From assembly GCA_963724295.1 (NCBI GenBank), contig CAVRUC010000008.1, forward strand, positions 285,299-349,298: a DNA stretch of 64,000 nt, given 5' to 3'. Under the pieces are notes generated by a model. It did not search any database. It had not been told where the DNA came from and saw only the letters and a list, made by a program, of their open reading frames with translations. Shown piece after piece: positions 27,773 to 37,486 of this stretch. The stretch is from an uncultured Chloroflexia bacterium. GTDB taxonomy: Bacteria; Chloroflexota; Chloroflexia; Thermomicrobiales; UBA6265. The first letter of the stretch is position 1, and every line of letters starts with the position of its first letter. The translations under genes and the position numbers were made by a program.

Positions 27773-30391
27773 GTGATGACCACCCTGCCTGAACGGGAAC
27801 TGGCTCCCACCCCGCGTCGTATACTCGCCGGGCGCCCCGCCGGCCCGCGGGGCGCGTTCGTCAGACCGAGGAACGCCCGCGTGGGACAGGCGATACCGCC
27901 GACCAAGGGAATGCCGCGGCACGATCAAGATGCCGGGCACCACAATCAGACCTCGCTCCCTCCTCGCGACGCCTCCGCTGACGGCAACGGCCGCCGGCCG
28001 TTCGCGATGCGCGACGACGGCGTTGCCCAATCGCCCGCGCGGGAACCCGCGGCAGCGGCCCGCATCGCGGCGCCCATCGGATTCACCCTCGAAGCGGGAC
28101 TCTACGTGCTGATCGTGCTGGCCGGAGTGCTGACACGCTTCTGGGATCTCGGATCGCGGGCGCTGCACCATGACGAAAGCCTGCACGCCTACTTCTCCTG
28201 GCTCCTCGCCACCGGGCAGAACTACGTCCACGACCCTCTGATGCACGGTCCCTTCCTCTTCCATATGAATGCGCTGGTCTACACCCTGCTCGGCGCCTCC
28301 GATGCCTCCAGCCGCTTCAGCGCGGCGCTCTTCGGCGTGATCCTGATAGCCCTGCCGATCCTCCTCCGCGGTGACCGACACCTGGGGCGCTGGGGCGCGC
28401 TCACAGCATCCACCCTCTTTCTCATCTCGCCCGCGCTCCTCTACCAGAGCCGCTACATTCGCCACGACATTTTCACCGTGGTCGGCTCGCTCGTGCTCTT
28501 CATCGCCATCATGCGCTACATCGAGCGTCCGTCGCGCGGCTGGCTGATTACCATCGGCGCGACCCTCGGCTTTCTGCTCACCAACCACGAGATCGTCTTC
28601 GGTATCGCCGCCATTTTCTTCGCCGTCATCGCCGGAGCGCTCCTGTGGGGGCGGCTGCGCGTGCTGGCGCCGTTGCTGCTGGTATCAGGCATCGCGGCCA
28701 TCGCGCTGGTGGCACTCTTGCCGGACGCCGCGGGCCGACCGCTGCCGTCCATTCCATGGCAATCGCCCACGCAGGACGAGCAGTTCAACTTCTACCGGGA
28801 TCTCCTCACCCATCCGCTGACGATCGCGCTGGGACTGCTGGCAATCGTCACCCTTGCCGTGGCAGCGCTGCTCCTGCGCCGCCTGCGTGATCCCGATCGA
28901 CGCGACGAGGGATGGGTGGTGGTCCTCTTCGGAGATCCGCCGCCGGGCAGTATCGCGGCGGCGGTACGCGCGGCCTGGCTGGACCGCGCCGGCGTCTCGG
29001 CGGCGCTCATCGCCGGGCTGGTGATCTTCGCGGTCCTCTTCACCACGCTCTTCACTAATCTCTACGGGCTGGCCTCCGGCACCATCGCGACCGACGGCAC
29101 ACTCCTCTACTGGCTGGGCCAGCACGACTTCCGCCGCGGCGAGCAGCCCTGGTTCTACTACCTGCTCCTCATGCCACAGTACGAGCTCATCGCGGTGCTC
29201 TTCGGCGTCGCCGCAACGATCCTCGCGGGCGTGCGGGCTTTGCTGGTTGGGTTCCGCCGCATGACGCCCGGTCCGCGCTTCGTCTTCCAGACGTTTCTGG
29301 CCATCTGGTTCATCGGTATCTTCCTGGCGCTCTCGTGGGCAGGGGAGAAGATGCCCTGGCTGGTCATCCACATCGCGCTGCCGGCGACGCTCCTGGCCGC
29401 GGCGCTGCTCGGTGAATTGGGTCGGAGGTCGGAAGTCGGGAGTCGGAAGTTGAATCCATCCTCCGACGTCCGACCTCCGACCTCCGCCTTCGTTGCACCG
29501 CAGTGGGCGCTCTTCGCATCGTTGGTCGCGCTGGCAACCTGCTGGTTTCTCATCGCGGCGCCCATGACCTATGGTGAGTTCGTCTCCGCCGCGGTCACCG
29601 GCGGTTGGGAGCGTGCGCTGACCTCCTGGGCGCGGGAGCGCTGGTGGTTGCTGGCGTTACCGCCTCTCGCCGGCATCGCCGGGGTTGGCCTGCTGTGGCT
29701 GCGGCGTGGGGCGCGTCTGGCCGCGGAGCCGGCGCTCGCCGCGCTGGTGCTGGTGCTGGCCCTGGCGCAGATGCACGTCGCCTGGAGGCTGGTCTACCAG
29801 CAGGGCGACGTACCCAAAGACATGCTCGTCTACACCCAGACCTCCCCCGATATGCACCGCATGGTTGGCGAGCTGACCACCCTCTCGGCGATGACGACGG
29901 GCAGCCGCGAGCTGGAGATCTGGTACGACGACAACGACGGCACCTCCTGGCCGATGCAATGGTATCTGCGTGACTTCCCGAACCGGCATCTCTACGGCGG
30001 CACGCTTGCCGGTCCGCCAGACGGCGTGCCGGTGGTGTTGGTCGGCGACAAGAACCGATCCTCTGTCGAGCCGTATCTCGAGGGATACACCGCGCAGGAG
30101 TACGTGCTGCGCTGGTGGTTCCCGGAAGATCCTGTCTACCGCGATTTCGCCATCGCCCCGGAGATCGCCCCTGGCCGTTCGGCGTGGAGATCGTCCGATC
30201 AGCCGCACGGGCCGATCGACATCGCCGCCTCCATCGGCGAGAGCCTCTCCCACCTGTTCACGGCGGAAGGACAGCAGGGACTCTACCGGCTGGTGATGTA
30301 CCGGGATCTGCCCGTGCGCATCGACTCCTACGGCTACACCCTCTACATCCGTAACGATCTCGTTCCCCTCTACAACCAGATCCGGTATTGA
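27773..30391 (+). CDS. TIGR03663/Agl23-like GT-C-fold membrane protein
   Basis: RALHHDESLHA, HDPLMHGPFLFH, SRYIRHD, AGEKMPWL, MLVYTQTS, WPMQWYLRD. Start uncertain (27911 or 28007 are alternatives). Confidence 0.85.
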   Translation: MMTTLPERELAPTPRRILAGRPAGPRGAFVRPRNARVGQAIPPTKGMPRHDQDAGHHNQTSLPPRDASADGNGRRPFAMRDDGVAQSPAREPAAAARIAAPIGFTLEAGLYVLIVLAGVLTRFWDLGSRALHHDESLHAYFSWLLATGQNYVHDPLMHGPFLFHMNALVYTLLGASDASSRFSAALFGVILIALPILLRGDRHLGRWGALTASTLFLISPALLYQSRYIRHDIFTVVGSLVLFIAIMRYIERPSRGWLITIGATLGFLLTNHEIVFGIAAIFFAVIAGALLWGRLRVLAPLLLVSGIAAIALVALLPDAAGRPLPSIPWQSPTQDEQFNFYRDLLTHPLTIALGLLAIVTLAVAALLLRRLRDPDRRDEGWVVVLFGDPPPGSIAAAVRAAWLDRAGVSAALIAGLVIFAVLFTTLFTNLYGLASGTIATDGTLLYWLGQHDFRRGEQPWFYYLLLMPQYELIAVLFGVAATILAGVRALLVGFRRMTPGPRFVFQTFLAIWFIGIFLALSWAGEKMPWLVIHIALPATLLAAALLGELGRRSEVGSRKLNPSSDVRPPTSAFVAPQWALFASLVALATCWFLIAAPMTYGEFVSAAVTGGWERALTSWARERWWLLALPPLAGIAGVGLLWLRRGARLAAEPALAALVLVLALAQMHVAWRLVYQQGDVPKDMLVYTQTSPDMHRMVGELTTLSAMTTGSRELEIWYDDNDGTSWPMQWYLRDFPNRHLYGGTLAGPPDGVPVVLVGDKNRSSVEPYLEGYTAQEYVLRWWFPEDPVYRDFAIAPEIAPGRSAWRSSDQPHGPIDIAASIGESLSHLFTAEGQQGLYRLVMYRDLPVRIDSYGYTLYIRNDLVPLYNQIRY
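29420..29488. repeat. Intragenic inverted heptamer arrays
   Basis: (RGTCGGR)x4 followed by (STCCGMC)x4; 69 bp, frame-preserving. Confidence 0.85.
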
Positions 30392-30425
30392 AACGGGACC
30401 AGAGACAAAGAAAGAGCCAGGACGG

Positions 30426-33380
30426 ATGACGGACGCTGGGATCACGCCGGAGGAAATCCGGATGCGGGAGGCCGAGGCCGCAAACCGGCAGGGTGTCTTG
30501 ATCGCGCCGGGTGTCACGCCGGCTGATTCCGCGCCGCCGAGCGTCCTCGACCGGGTGATCCCGTTCGTCGGAGCGACCCCCTGGCAGACGATCGGCTGGG
30601 CCGCCACCTTCGCCGTCGCCGTGGCACTGCGTTGCTTACGCCTCGACGACCTGGCGCTCAGCGCGGGCGAAGCGGCGCGAGCCTATGACGCGTGGGCGCT
30701 CTTCCGAGGTCAGCCGCCGGTAGGTGGTGAGTCGCTCCCGGACCTGGGCGCGCTCCTCCTGCTCCTGCACGGGACTGGCTTCTTCCTCTTCGGGACGACC
30801 GACGTCGTCGCGCGCCTGATTCCCGCGCTGGCCGGGATCGCGATCGTGGCCCTACCGCTGGCCCTGCGCCGGTGGGTCGGTGGCCCGGCGGCGCTCGGCA
30901 TGGCCGCTCTGGCGGCCACCTCACCGGCGCTCGTCTATGCCTCACGGGTCGTTTCTTCCGAGATCGTCATCGCCGCGCTGGCGCTGGCGGCGGTCGCCTG
31001 CCTCGTTCGCCTTGGTGACGCGAGTCTCCTGCAAGGCACCCGCGGCCCGGCTATTGTCCTCGGCATTGTCACCGGAGCCGCTTACGCCGCGGGGCCAAGC
31101 GCGATCACGGTGATCGTGAGCGTGATCGTGGGGATCGCGGCCGCCGCGCTGTCCGTCCCGGACGGGACGATCCGACGCGGGCTTGGCGCGCTGCGCCGCG
31201 AGCTGCCCGTGTTTCTGCTCGCCATGGTGGCAACCGCCATCCTCTGCTTTACCCGTTTCCTCTCCCACCCGCCCGGTATCGCCGGAGTTGGCGACACGCT
31301 CGCGGCCTGGTGGCGGCTCCTGACCGAGAGCAGCGGCCAGCCGGCGGCGCTCTTCCTCATGGCACTGCTCATCTATGAGCCGATCGCCGTCGTCTTCGCC
31401 ATCGCCGCCGTCGTCCGCAATCGTGGTGACCGCGGTGATGCGGTTGCCCTCTTCGCCGGCTGGTCGGTGACGGCGTTCACGGTCTGGAGCTTCTCGGCGG
31501 GACATGAAGCTGGGCACGCCGTTCACGTCGCGCTACCGCTCGTCCTGCTGGCGGGTATCGCCCTCGGCGACATCCTGCACGCGATCGACTGGCGTGATGT
31601 CCGGCACGGCAGCGGGGGGCTGCTGGTTCTGCTCATGCTCGGCACCGTGGTCGGTCTGGCGGCGGTCGGCGTGCTTCTGACGCGGGTCGACGACCAGGGT
31701 GGCGGACCGACGGCCGCACTGCCCCCGGTCGCCGTGCTCTGCCTGGTCGTCGTGCCCCTGGTCTATCTCATCTGGCGCATGACCGGCGACGAGCGGGAAG
31801 CAGGCAACGAGCGGCAACCGGTCTTGATCGCCCTGCTCGTCGCCGCCCTGCTGCTGGGGGCGTTCGGGCTGCGCTCGGCGAACCTGCTCGCCTTCAGCCG
31901 CGCCCACCTCGGCACGGAGCTCCTCGCGCAACGGACGGCAACACTCGGCACGCTGCCCCGCATCGAAGGCTTCCTGCATCTGGCGCGCGACGTCGGGGTC
32001 AACGAGGGCTCGGCGCGCGACCCCACCGGCAGCCACGGTCTCAGCATCGCGCTCGAGCGGGACGTGCAATGGCCGTACGTCTGGTACTTCCGGGAGTTCC
32101 CTGACCTGACGGTGGTGGAGCCGGGAACGGCCGCGACGAGCGGAGCCCAGGTCGCAATCGCCGCCAGCGAGGCGGGTCTGGCCGAGGCCGGGTACGCGAC
32201 CGAGTCCTGGCCCTGGCAGACGACGGTGCCGCCGCAGTACCTCGATCCCGACATGGGGGCGATCCTGGGCGCGCTGATCAATCCCACCCGCTGGCTCGAC
32301 GTCTGGCGCTACCTCCTCTTCCGGGACGGCGTGCCCCTACCGCCCGAGTCGACGGTTGCCGTCGGGCTCACGCCGGAGCTGGCGGGGCGAGTCTCGCCGG
32401 CAACCGGGCCCTTCAACCTGGCCGATCGTCCCGGACCGGGAACCGAGCCGGGTCAGTTCAAGGACCCGATCGGCGTCGCCGTGGGCGCGGACGGCGTCGT
32501 CGCCGTCGTCGACAGCGGTAACGCCCGGGTGCAGCGCTTCGACGGCGACGGCACGTTCCTCGACGTCTGGGGTGAGGATGAGGGTGGAGTCACGTTCACC
32601 CGGACCGCCAACGGTCTCGGTCCGACCGGCATTACGACGGCGTCCGACGGCATCACCTGGGTCGCCGACACCTGGGGACACCGCGTGGTGGCCATGGACG
32701 CCAACGGAGCGACTGTGCAGACCATCGGCGCGGAGACGGTCGACACCGGCGATGACCCGGCTCGCGTCGACGAGGCGGGGGGGCGTTTCTTCGGTCCCCG
32801 CGATATCGCGGTGACCGACGATGCCATCTACGTGGTCGACACCGGCAACGAGCGGGTGCAGCTCTTCACCGGGGAAGGTGTGTTCGTCGACGCCTGGGGC
32901 GGTTACGGCTCGGGACCGGACCAGCTAATCGAGCCGGTCGGAATCGCGCTCGGTCCGGACGGGAATGTCTACGTCGCCGACTCCGGCAACGCGCGCATCT
33001 CGATCTTCACACCTGACGGCGAGCCTGTCGCACAGTGGCCCGTCACCGCCTGGCCCGCTCCCGCTCCAGGCAGTGTCCCGCCCGCATACCAGCCGTACCT
33101 GGCTTTCGACGAGGACGGAAACCTCTATGCGACCGCCTCGAACGCCGGGCAAGTCCTCGTGTTCGACGGCGAGGGAACAATGATCGACACGGTAACGAAC
33201 GCAGACGGCGAGCGGCTGACGCAGCCGGTGGGGGTCGCCATCGCGCCTGACGGCGCCGTGCTCTTCACGGACATCGGCCGCGACGCGGTGCTGGAGCACA
33301 CCTCGTCCATACCGGCGGACCTGCAAGTGCAAGCGGAAGATCTGGATCGAGAAGACGTTGGGGCCTCGCCGGTCCCGTGA
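30426..33380 (+). CDS. Divergent TIGR03663-like membrane protein with C-terminal NHL beta-propeller
   Basis: Multi-TM N-terminus with WPYVWYFREFP; NHL repeats (PGQFKDPIGVAV, VVDTGNERVQ, YVADSGNARI). Confidence 0.85.
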   Translation: MTDAGITPEEIRMREAEAANRQGVLIAPGVTPADSAPPSVLDRVIPFVGATPWQTIGWAATFAVAVALRCLRLDDLALSAGEAARAYDAWALFRGQPPVGGESLPDLGALLLLLHGTGFFLFGTTDVVARLIPALAGIAIVALPLALRRWVGGPAALGMAALAATSPALVYASRVVSSEIVIAALALAAVACLVRLGDASLLQGTRGPAIVLGIVTGAAYAAGPSAITVIVSVIVGIAAAALSVPDGTIRRGLGALRRELPVFLLAMVATAILCFTRFLSHPPGIAGVGDTLAAWWRLLTESSGQPAALFLMALLIYEPIAVVFAIAAVVRNRGDRGDAVALFAGWSVTAFTVWSFSAGHEAGHAVHVALPLVLLAGIALGDILHAIDWRDVRHGSGGLLVLLMLGTVVGLAAVGVLLTRVDDQGGGPTAALPPVAVLCLVVVPLVYLIWRMTGDEREAGNERQPVLIALLVAALLLGAFGLRSANLLAFSRAHLGTELLAQRTATLGTLPRIEGFLHLARDVGVNEGSARDPTGSHGLSIALERDVQWPYVWYFREFPDLTVVEPGTAATSGAQVAIAASEAGLAEAGYATESWPWQTTVPPQYLDPDMGAILGALINPTRWLDVWRYLLFRDGVPLPPESTVAVGLTPELAGRVSPATGPFNLADRPGPGTEPGQFKDPIGVAVGADGVVAVVDSGNARVQRFDGDGTFLDVWGEDEGGVTFTRTANGLGPTGITTASDGITWVADTWGHRVVAMDANGATVQTIGAETVDTGDDPARVDEAGGRFFGPRDIAVTDDAIYVVDTGNERVQLFTGEGVFVDAWGGYGSGPDQLIEPVGIALGPDGNVYVADSGNARISIFTPDGEPVAQWPVTAWPAPAPGSVPPAYQPYLAFDEDGNLYATASNAGQVLVFDGEGTMIDTVTNADGERLTQPVGVAIAPDGAVLFTDIGRDAVLEHTSSIPADLQVQAEDLDREDVGASPVP

Positions 33381-33432
33381 CTATCGTTGCGCGGGCGAGC
33401 CGCTCGTCGATTGCGAGGGCAAAGGAGTGGTG

Positions 33433-33921
33433 ATGAGTCGACATGTGATTGCCGTTCTCATATCCGGACTTCTGACGTTGATGTGCGGCACGCTGACACC
33501 GGTTTCGACGCGCGCCCAGGAGAGCACGCCGACAGCGGGGACGACCGGGGTCGAGATCGCTCCCGGTGTGACCTTCGAGCTGCTGCCGTCCTCGGAGGAC
33601 CCACCAACGCTCTACCGGCTGCGCCTTGCGCCGGGCGTCTCCCTGCCCTTCGTGGATGACCCGGCGATCTCGCTCGTCTACGTTGAATCAGGCGCCCTCT
33701 CGTTGAGGCTGGACGCCGCTGTCAGTGATGCGCGGCCAGATGGGACCGACGACCAAGAGGCGCGCAGGGCGGTGAAGTTGAGCCAGGGCGACTATTTCGT
33801 CCTTCCGCCGCTGGTCGCCGGGGAGATCCGCAACGAGGGTCAGGAACCGGTGTCGATGGTGATCGCCGCCATCACCCCAGGGCTGATCCCGGGGGCCGCG
33901 ATCGGGACGCCGGTGGGTTGA
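33433..33921 (+). CDS. Secreted cupin-like protein
   Basis: AAAGGAG RBS; signal peptide ending TRA-QESTP; LVYVESGAL...LSQGDYFV...IRNEG cupin pattern. Confidence 0.75.
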   Translation: MSRHVIAVLISGLLTLMCGTLTPVSTRAQESTPTAGTTGVEIAPGVTFELLPSSEDPPTLYRLRLAPGVSLPFVDDPAISLVYVESGALSLRLDAAVSDARPDGTDDQEARRAVKLSQGDYFVLPPLVAGEIRNEGQEPVSMVIAAITPGLIPGAAIGTPVG

Positions 33922-33923
33922 GG

Positions 33924-33989
33924 CCCTCACGCCCTGGCCCCCTTGAGAACCCTCACCCCTGCCCCTCTCCCTGTGCGCAGGGAGAGGGG
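33924..33989 (+). repeat. REP-like palindrome, copy 2 (with a partial upstream unit)
   Basis: CCCTCACCCCTGCCCCTCTCCCTG-tgcg-CAGGGAGAGGGG between convergent genes; may also act as a terminator. Confidence 0.8.
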
Positions 33990-34024
33990 ACGGATTTTGC
34001 GAGGGGTGGCATTAGCGGTTCGGG

Positions 34025-34327
34025 TCAGTCGCCGTAGGGGATCAGCTCGGTCTCGACCTCGCCCAGGACGCCGAGCTCGACGCGGCGCTCGATGAAATCG
34101 ATCACGGTCTGCAGCATCTCCTGGGCGTGGTTGGCCGCGTTGGAGACGACGACGATAGCGAGGGTGGCCGCCCGGGGGTCGTCGAGGTCGGCGACCTCGG
34201 CGATACCGGCATTGAATTGATTACGCACCTTCTGGGTGATGGAGCGGATGACCTGGCGCTTGTCCTTGAGACTGAAGGTGTCCTCCAGGTAGAGCGTCAC
34301 CCGCGCTACTCCGACCGTCATCGCCAC
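34025..34327 (-). CDS. DUF503 (YlxP-like) protein
   Basis: SLKDKRQVIRS...FNAGIAEV motif. Confidence 0.88.
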   Translation of the reverse strand: MAMTVGVARVTLYLEDTFSLKDKRQVIRSITQKVRNQFNAGIAEVADLDDPRAATLAIVVVSNAANHAQEMLQTVIDFIERRVELGVLGEVETELIPYGD

Positions 34328-34330
34328 TGC

Positions 34331-34801
34331 TCAGCCCTCACCAACACGCTCGACGACGAAACGGGTGCTGCCGTCAGTCTCCAGATGCCAAGTCCAGCGC
34401 AGACCACGAGGAGTGGCGATGGCGGCAGCCGCAGCGTGGAAGACAGCGGCGTGCGACGGATCGACACCGAAGAGGGCGCCGAGCTCCGGGTCGGGGAACC
34501 CGGAGGTGGTCGCTTCCGCGCGATCCACGCCAAGCTCGGCCTGTTTCACCTCGGCGCCGAGAGCACGCAGGTTAGTCAGCATGGCGTCGAGGAACTCGCC
34601 GGCGTCCCATGGCCGTGGATCGCCCCAGCCACGCGCGAAGGACTCTCCGATGGCCGCCGCCCACTCTTCTGGAGGAATACCGCGCTCCTGCAGGAACGCC
34701 ACGGTCGCCAGGATGAGCGCCTGGGCGTTGTCCCGCGCCTGCTCCAGCAGCTCGGTGTCGGAGTACTCCGCGTATCCGTGCTCGATGGAGAAGTCGGTCA
34801 T
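34331..34801 (-). CDS. Hypothetical protein
   Basis: Biased codon usage; co-oriented with and 3 nt upstream of the DUF503 gene. Confidence 0.7.
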   Translation of the reverse strand: MTDFSIEHGYAEYSDTELLEQARDNAQALILATVAFLQERGIPPEEWAAAIGESFARGWGDPRPWDAGEFLDAMLTNLRALGAEVKQAELGVDRAEATTSGFPDPELGALFGVDPSHAAVFHAAAAAIATPRGLRWTWHLETDGSTRFVVERVGEG

Positions 34802-34803
34802 GT

Positions 34804-34956
34804 GAGTCGGTAAGTCGGTAAGTCGGTAAGTCGGTTAGTGAAGCCGTCCGTTGGGAGCCAAGAGCTGAATGCCTTACGTAGGGGTCGGTAGACCGACGGG
34901 CCGACGAGGCTCCTTGCCCACTTAACGACTCCCCGACTTCCCGACTTCCCGACTCC
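34804..34956. repeat. Inverted octamer tandem arrays
   Basis: AGTCGGTA x4 at 34805-34836 and CCGACTTC-like x3-4 at 34925-34956. Confidence 0.8.
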
Positions 34957-34957
34957 G

Positions 34958-36121
34958 TCAGATGACATTGTGTTCCTGGGTTGGTGCGCCCTCGGCGAAG
35001 CGTGAGGGACGGAAGGGGCTGATGTCGATGCCGGATGCGGCGCCATCGAGCAGGAGCTCCGCCATGCAGCGGCCGATGGCGGGACCCTGCATGAAGCCGT
35101 GGCCGCTGAACCCGGCCGCTACGGCCAGCCCCTCCGGACCGCCGGTCCAACCGAGCAGCGGGTTGTCGTCCGGGGTCACCTCGTAGAACCCGGCCCAGCC
35201 GCGCAGGATACTCGCCTCGGCGAAGGCCGGCGCGCGCTCCACCAGCGCCTCGACCGTCGTCGCCATCCAGTTCTCGTCGACCGTCTTGTCGGTCGTGCTC
35301 GGCTCCTCCCGGTTGGCCATGCCGAAGAGAAAGCCGCGGCTCTCGGGGTGGAAATAGAGCCCGCTGGCGAAATCGATCGTCATCGGCAAGCTTTGCGGCA
35401 GGGCGTCGAACGGCTCGGTGATGAAGCTCATGCGGCGGTAGGGATCGATCGGCAGATCGACGCCGGCCAAAGCGCCGACCCCGCGCGTCTGGGGTCCGGC
35501 CGCGATGACAACCAGCGGCGCGCTCACGTCCCCCTGCAGGGTTTGCACTCCTCCCACGCGGTCGCCTGTGATGGGGATACCGGTCACAGGGGTCTCTTCC
35601 TCGATGCGCACGCCGAGGGCACGCGCCGACTGGGCGAAGCCGATGGTGGCGCCGTAGGTGTCGCACCAGCCGTCCTCGGGGCAAAAGGCGCCGCCGATGA
35701 CGTCGTCGAGGACGACATGCGGGTTGAGCTCGGAGATCTCCTGGGAAGTCACCCAACGGGAGGGAACGCCGAGGCTCTGCTGCAAGGCGATGTTCTGGCG
35801 GAAGACCGGCTCCTCGGCGGGGTCAGTAATGAGGAAGAGATAGCCCTGCTGGCGGAGACCGATGTCGCGGCCGAAGCGCTCGGGGAAGGTCTCCCAGACG
35901 CGGACACTCTCCCGGGCGAGGCGGATATTGGTCTCGGTCGAGAACTGCTGGCGCACGCCGCCGGCGGCGTCGGCCGTGGCGCCGCGTCCGATCTGATCGC
36001 GCTCCAGCACGACTACGTCGGTGACGCCCCGCTCGGCCAGCGCGTGGGCGATGGCGCAGCCCATGATCCCGGCGCCGATGATGACGACCTCCGCCGCGCT
36101 CGTCACTCTTGATGGCTCCAT
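34958..36121 (-). CDS. FAD-dependent oxidoreductase (sarcosine oxidase beta/DAO family)
   Basis: IIGAGIMG, GGVRQQF, WAGFYEVTPD, GFSGHGFM. Confidence 0.92.
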   Translation of the reverse strand: MEPSRVTSAAEVVIIGAGIMGCAIAHALAERGVTDVVVLERDQIGRGATADAAGGVRQQFSTETNIRLARESVRVWETFPERFGRDIGLRQQGYLFLITDPAEEPVFRQNIALQQSLGVPSRWVTSQEISELNPHVVLDDVIGGAFCPEDGWCDTYGATIGFAQSARALGVRIEEETPVTGIPITGDRVGGVQTLQGDVSAPLVVIAAGPQTRGVGALAGVDLPIDPYRRMSFITEPFDALPQSLPMTIDFASGLYFHPESRGFLFGMANREEPSTTDKTVDENWMATTVEALVERAPAFAEASILRGWAGFYEVTPDDNPLLGWTGGPEGLAVAAGFSGHGFMQGPAIGRCMAELLLDGAASGIDISPFRPSRFAEGAPTQEHNVI

Positions 36122-36252
36122 TCAGAATGGGCGCCATAGCGCCGGCGAGATGTGCCGCAGTCGCCAAACTGCCTGCGGTCGATTCGGCTCCCGATTATCG
36201 TCGGCAGCCTCGTCGAGGGCCAGATCGGGCCGATCTGGAAAGACGAGAGTAC

Positions 36253-37302
36253 CTAGACAACCGTTGGCAGTTCGGCACCGCAAGAGGCACGGACGATCAG
36301 ATCCGCGGGCAGAACCACGCGCCGCCGACGCTCAGTAGCACGGCCAGAAATCCGGTCAAGAAGAAGCTGAACCGCAAGCGTGCCGAAGGTCTCCGCCGGC
36401 TGGGCCATCACCGTCAGAAACGGACAGAGCAGCGCCGCCAGCTCGATATCGTCGAAGCAGACGACGGCCATGTCGCCGGGAATCTCCAGCCCGCGCTCGC
36501 GGATGGCGATGACCGCGCCGACTGCCGTCAGGTTGTTGACGGCGAAGACTGCGCTTGGCCGGGATTCGCGGTCGAGAAGACGTTGCGCCGCCTCAAATCC
36601 ACCCCTGGCGTTTGCTCCAGCCGCCACTACGACGAGGTCCGGGTCGAACGGAATTCCAACTGCCGCCAGCGCATCGCTATACCCCCGCAGACGGTCGCGC
36701 GCGGTCGAGACATCCTGAGACTCGGTGATGTGGGCGATACGGCGGTGACCGAGAGCGAGCAGGTGATCCACCACGAGGCGTGCCCCGCCGACGCTGTCGC
36801 CCTGGACGAGATCACTCTCTATACCGGGGATCGAGCGATCCACCAGCACGAAGGGGGGCGGATGTGGTCCGAGCCGACGCAGGTTGTGCCGTGACTGGTC
36901 ACCGACGGGAGCGATCAGAAGCCCCTCGACCCGGTGCGCCACCATATCCTCGAGGTAGGCGCCTTCCCGCTCGACGTCGCCATCAGTATTGCAGAGGATG
37001 ACACGATAGCCCGCGCGGCGAGCTACGTCTTCAGCGCCGCGCAGGATGAGCGTGAAAAACGGGTCGGCGAAATCCGGGACGATGAGGGCGAGCGCGCCCG
37101 TCTTCTGCCGAGTGAGCCCACGCGCCAGATTGTTCGGGACGTAGCCGAGTGACGTGATCGCGTCCTGGACACGCTGACGCGTATCGGGCTTCACCCGCGC
37201 ACTGCCGTTGACGACACGCGAGACGGTCATCGGGGAGACGCCGGCTCGGTACGCAACGTCGCGGATGGTTGGAGTCAGGCTAGCTGGATCACCCGCGTTC
37301 AT
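36253..37302 (-). CDS. LacI-family regulator
   Basis: TIRDVAYRAGVSPMTVSRVVN, LGYVPNNLARGL. Confidence 0.95.
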   Translation of the reverse strand: MNAGDPASLTPTIRDVAYRAGVSPMTVSRVVNGSARVKPDTRQRVQDAITSLGYVPNNLARGLTRQKTGALALIVPDFADPFFTLILRGAEDVARRAGYRVILCNTDGDVEREGAYLEDMVAHRVEGLLIAPVGDQSRHNLRRLGPHPPPFVLVDRSIPGIESDLVQGDSVGGARLVVDHLLALGHRRIAHITESQDVSTARDRLRGYSDALAAVGIPFDPDLVVVAAGANARGGFEAAQRLLDRESRPSAVFAVNNLTAVGAVIAIRERGLEIPGDMAVVCFDDIELAALLCPFLTVMAQPAETFGTLAVQLLLDRISGRATERRRRVVLPADLIVRASCGAELPTVV

Positions 37303-37414
37303 GGTACTGGCACCACCATCCCCAGAGCGTACCCGGGGCAGCGAACGCCATCAACTCCGAATCCATTCACTCTTTCAGCGCCGCAAATTGCCGTCCTCCA
37401 TGCATCATGCCCTG

Positions 37415-37451
37415 TTGACAACGATGGTACATCATGATATCGGTATCATGA
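37415..37451 (+). promoter_or_regulatory. TTGACA -35 element and LacI-type operator
   Basis: TTGACA at 37415; palindrome TCATGATA-TCGG-TATCATGA at 37432-37451 with the central CG typical of LacI sites. Confidence 0.7.
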
Positions 37452-37486
37452 CCAAACGCATCGTCGTTTAGCCGAGGAGGAAGTTC

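Noticed and set aside
27604..27906. 100-aa N-terminal extension of the BNR hydrolase
   Set aside because: Arg-rich, non-homologous, and overlaps the divergent gene; a good RBS precedes GTG 27603.
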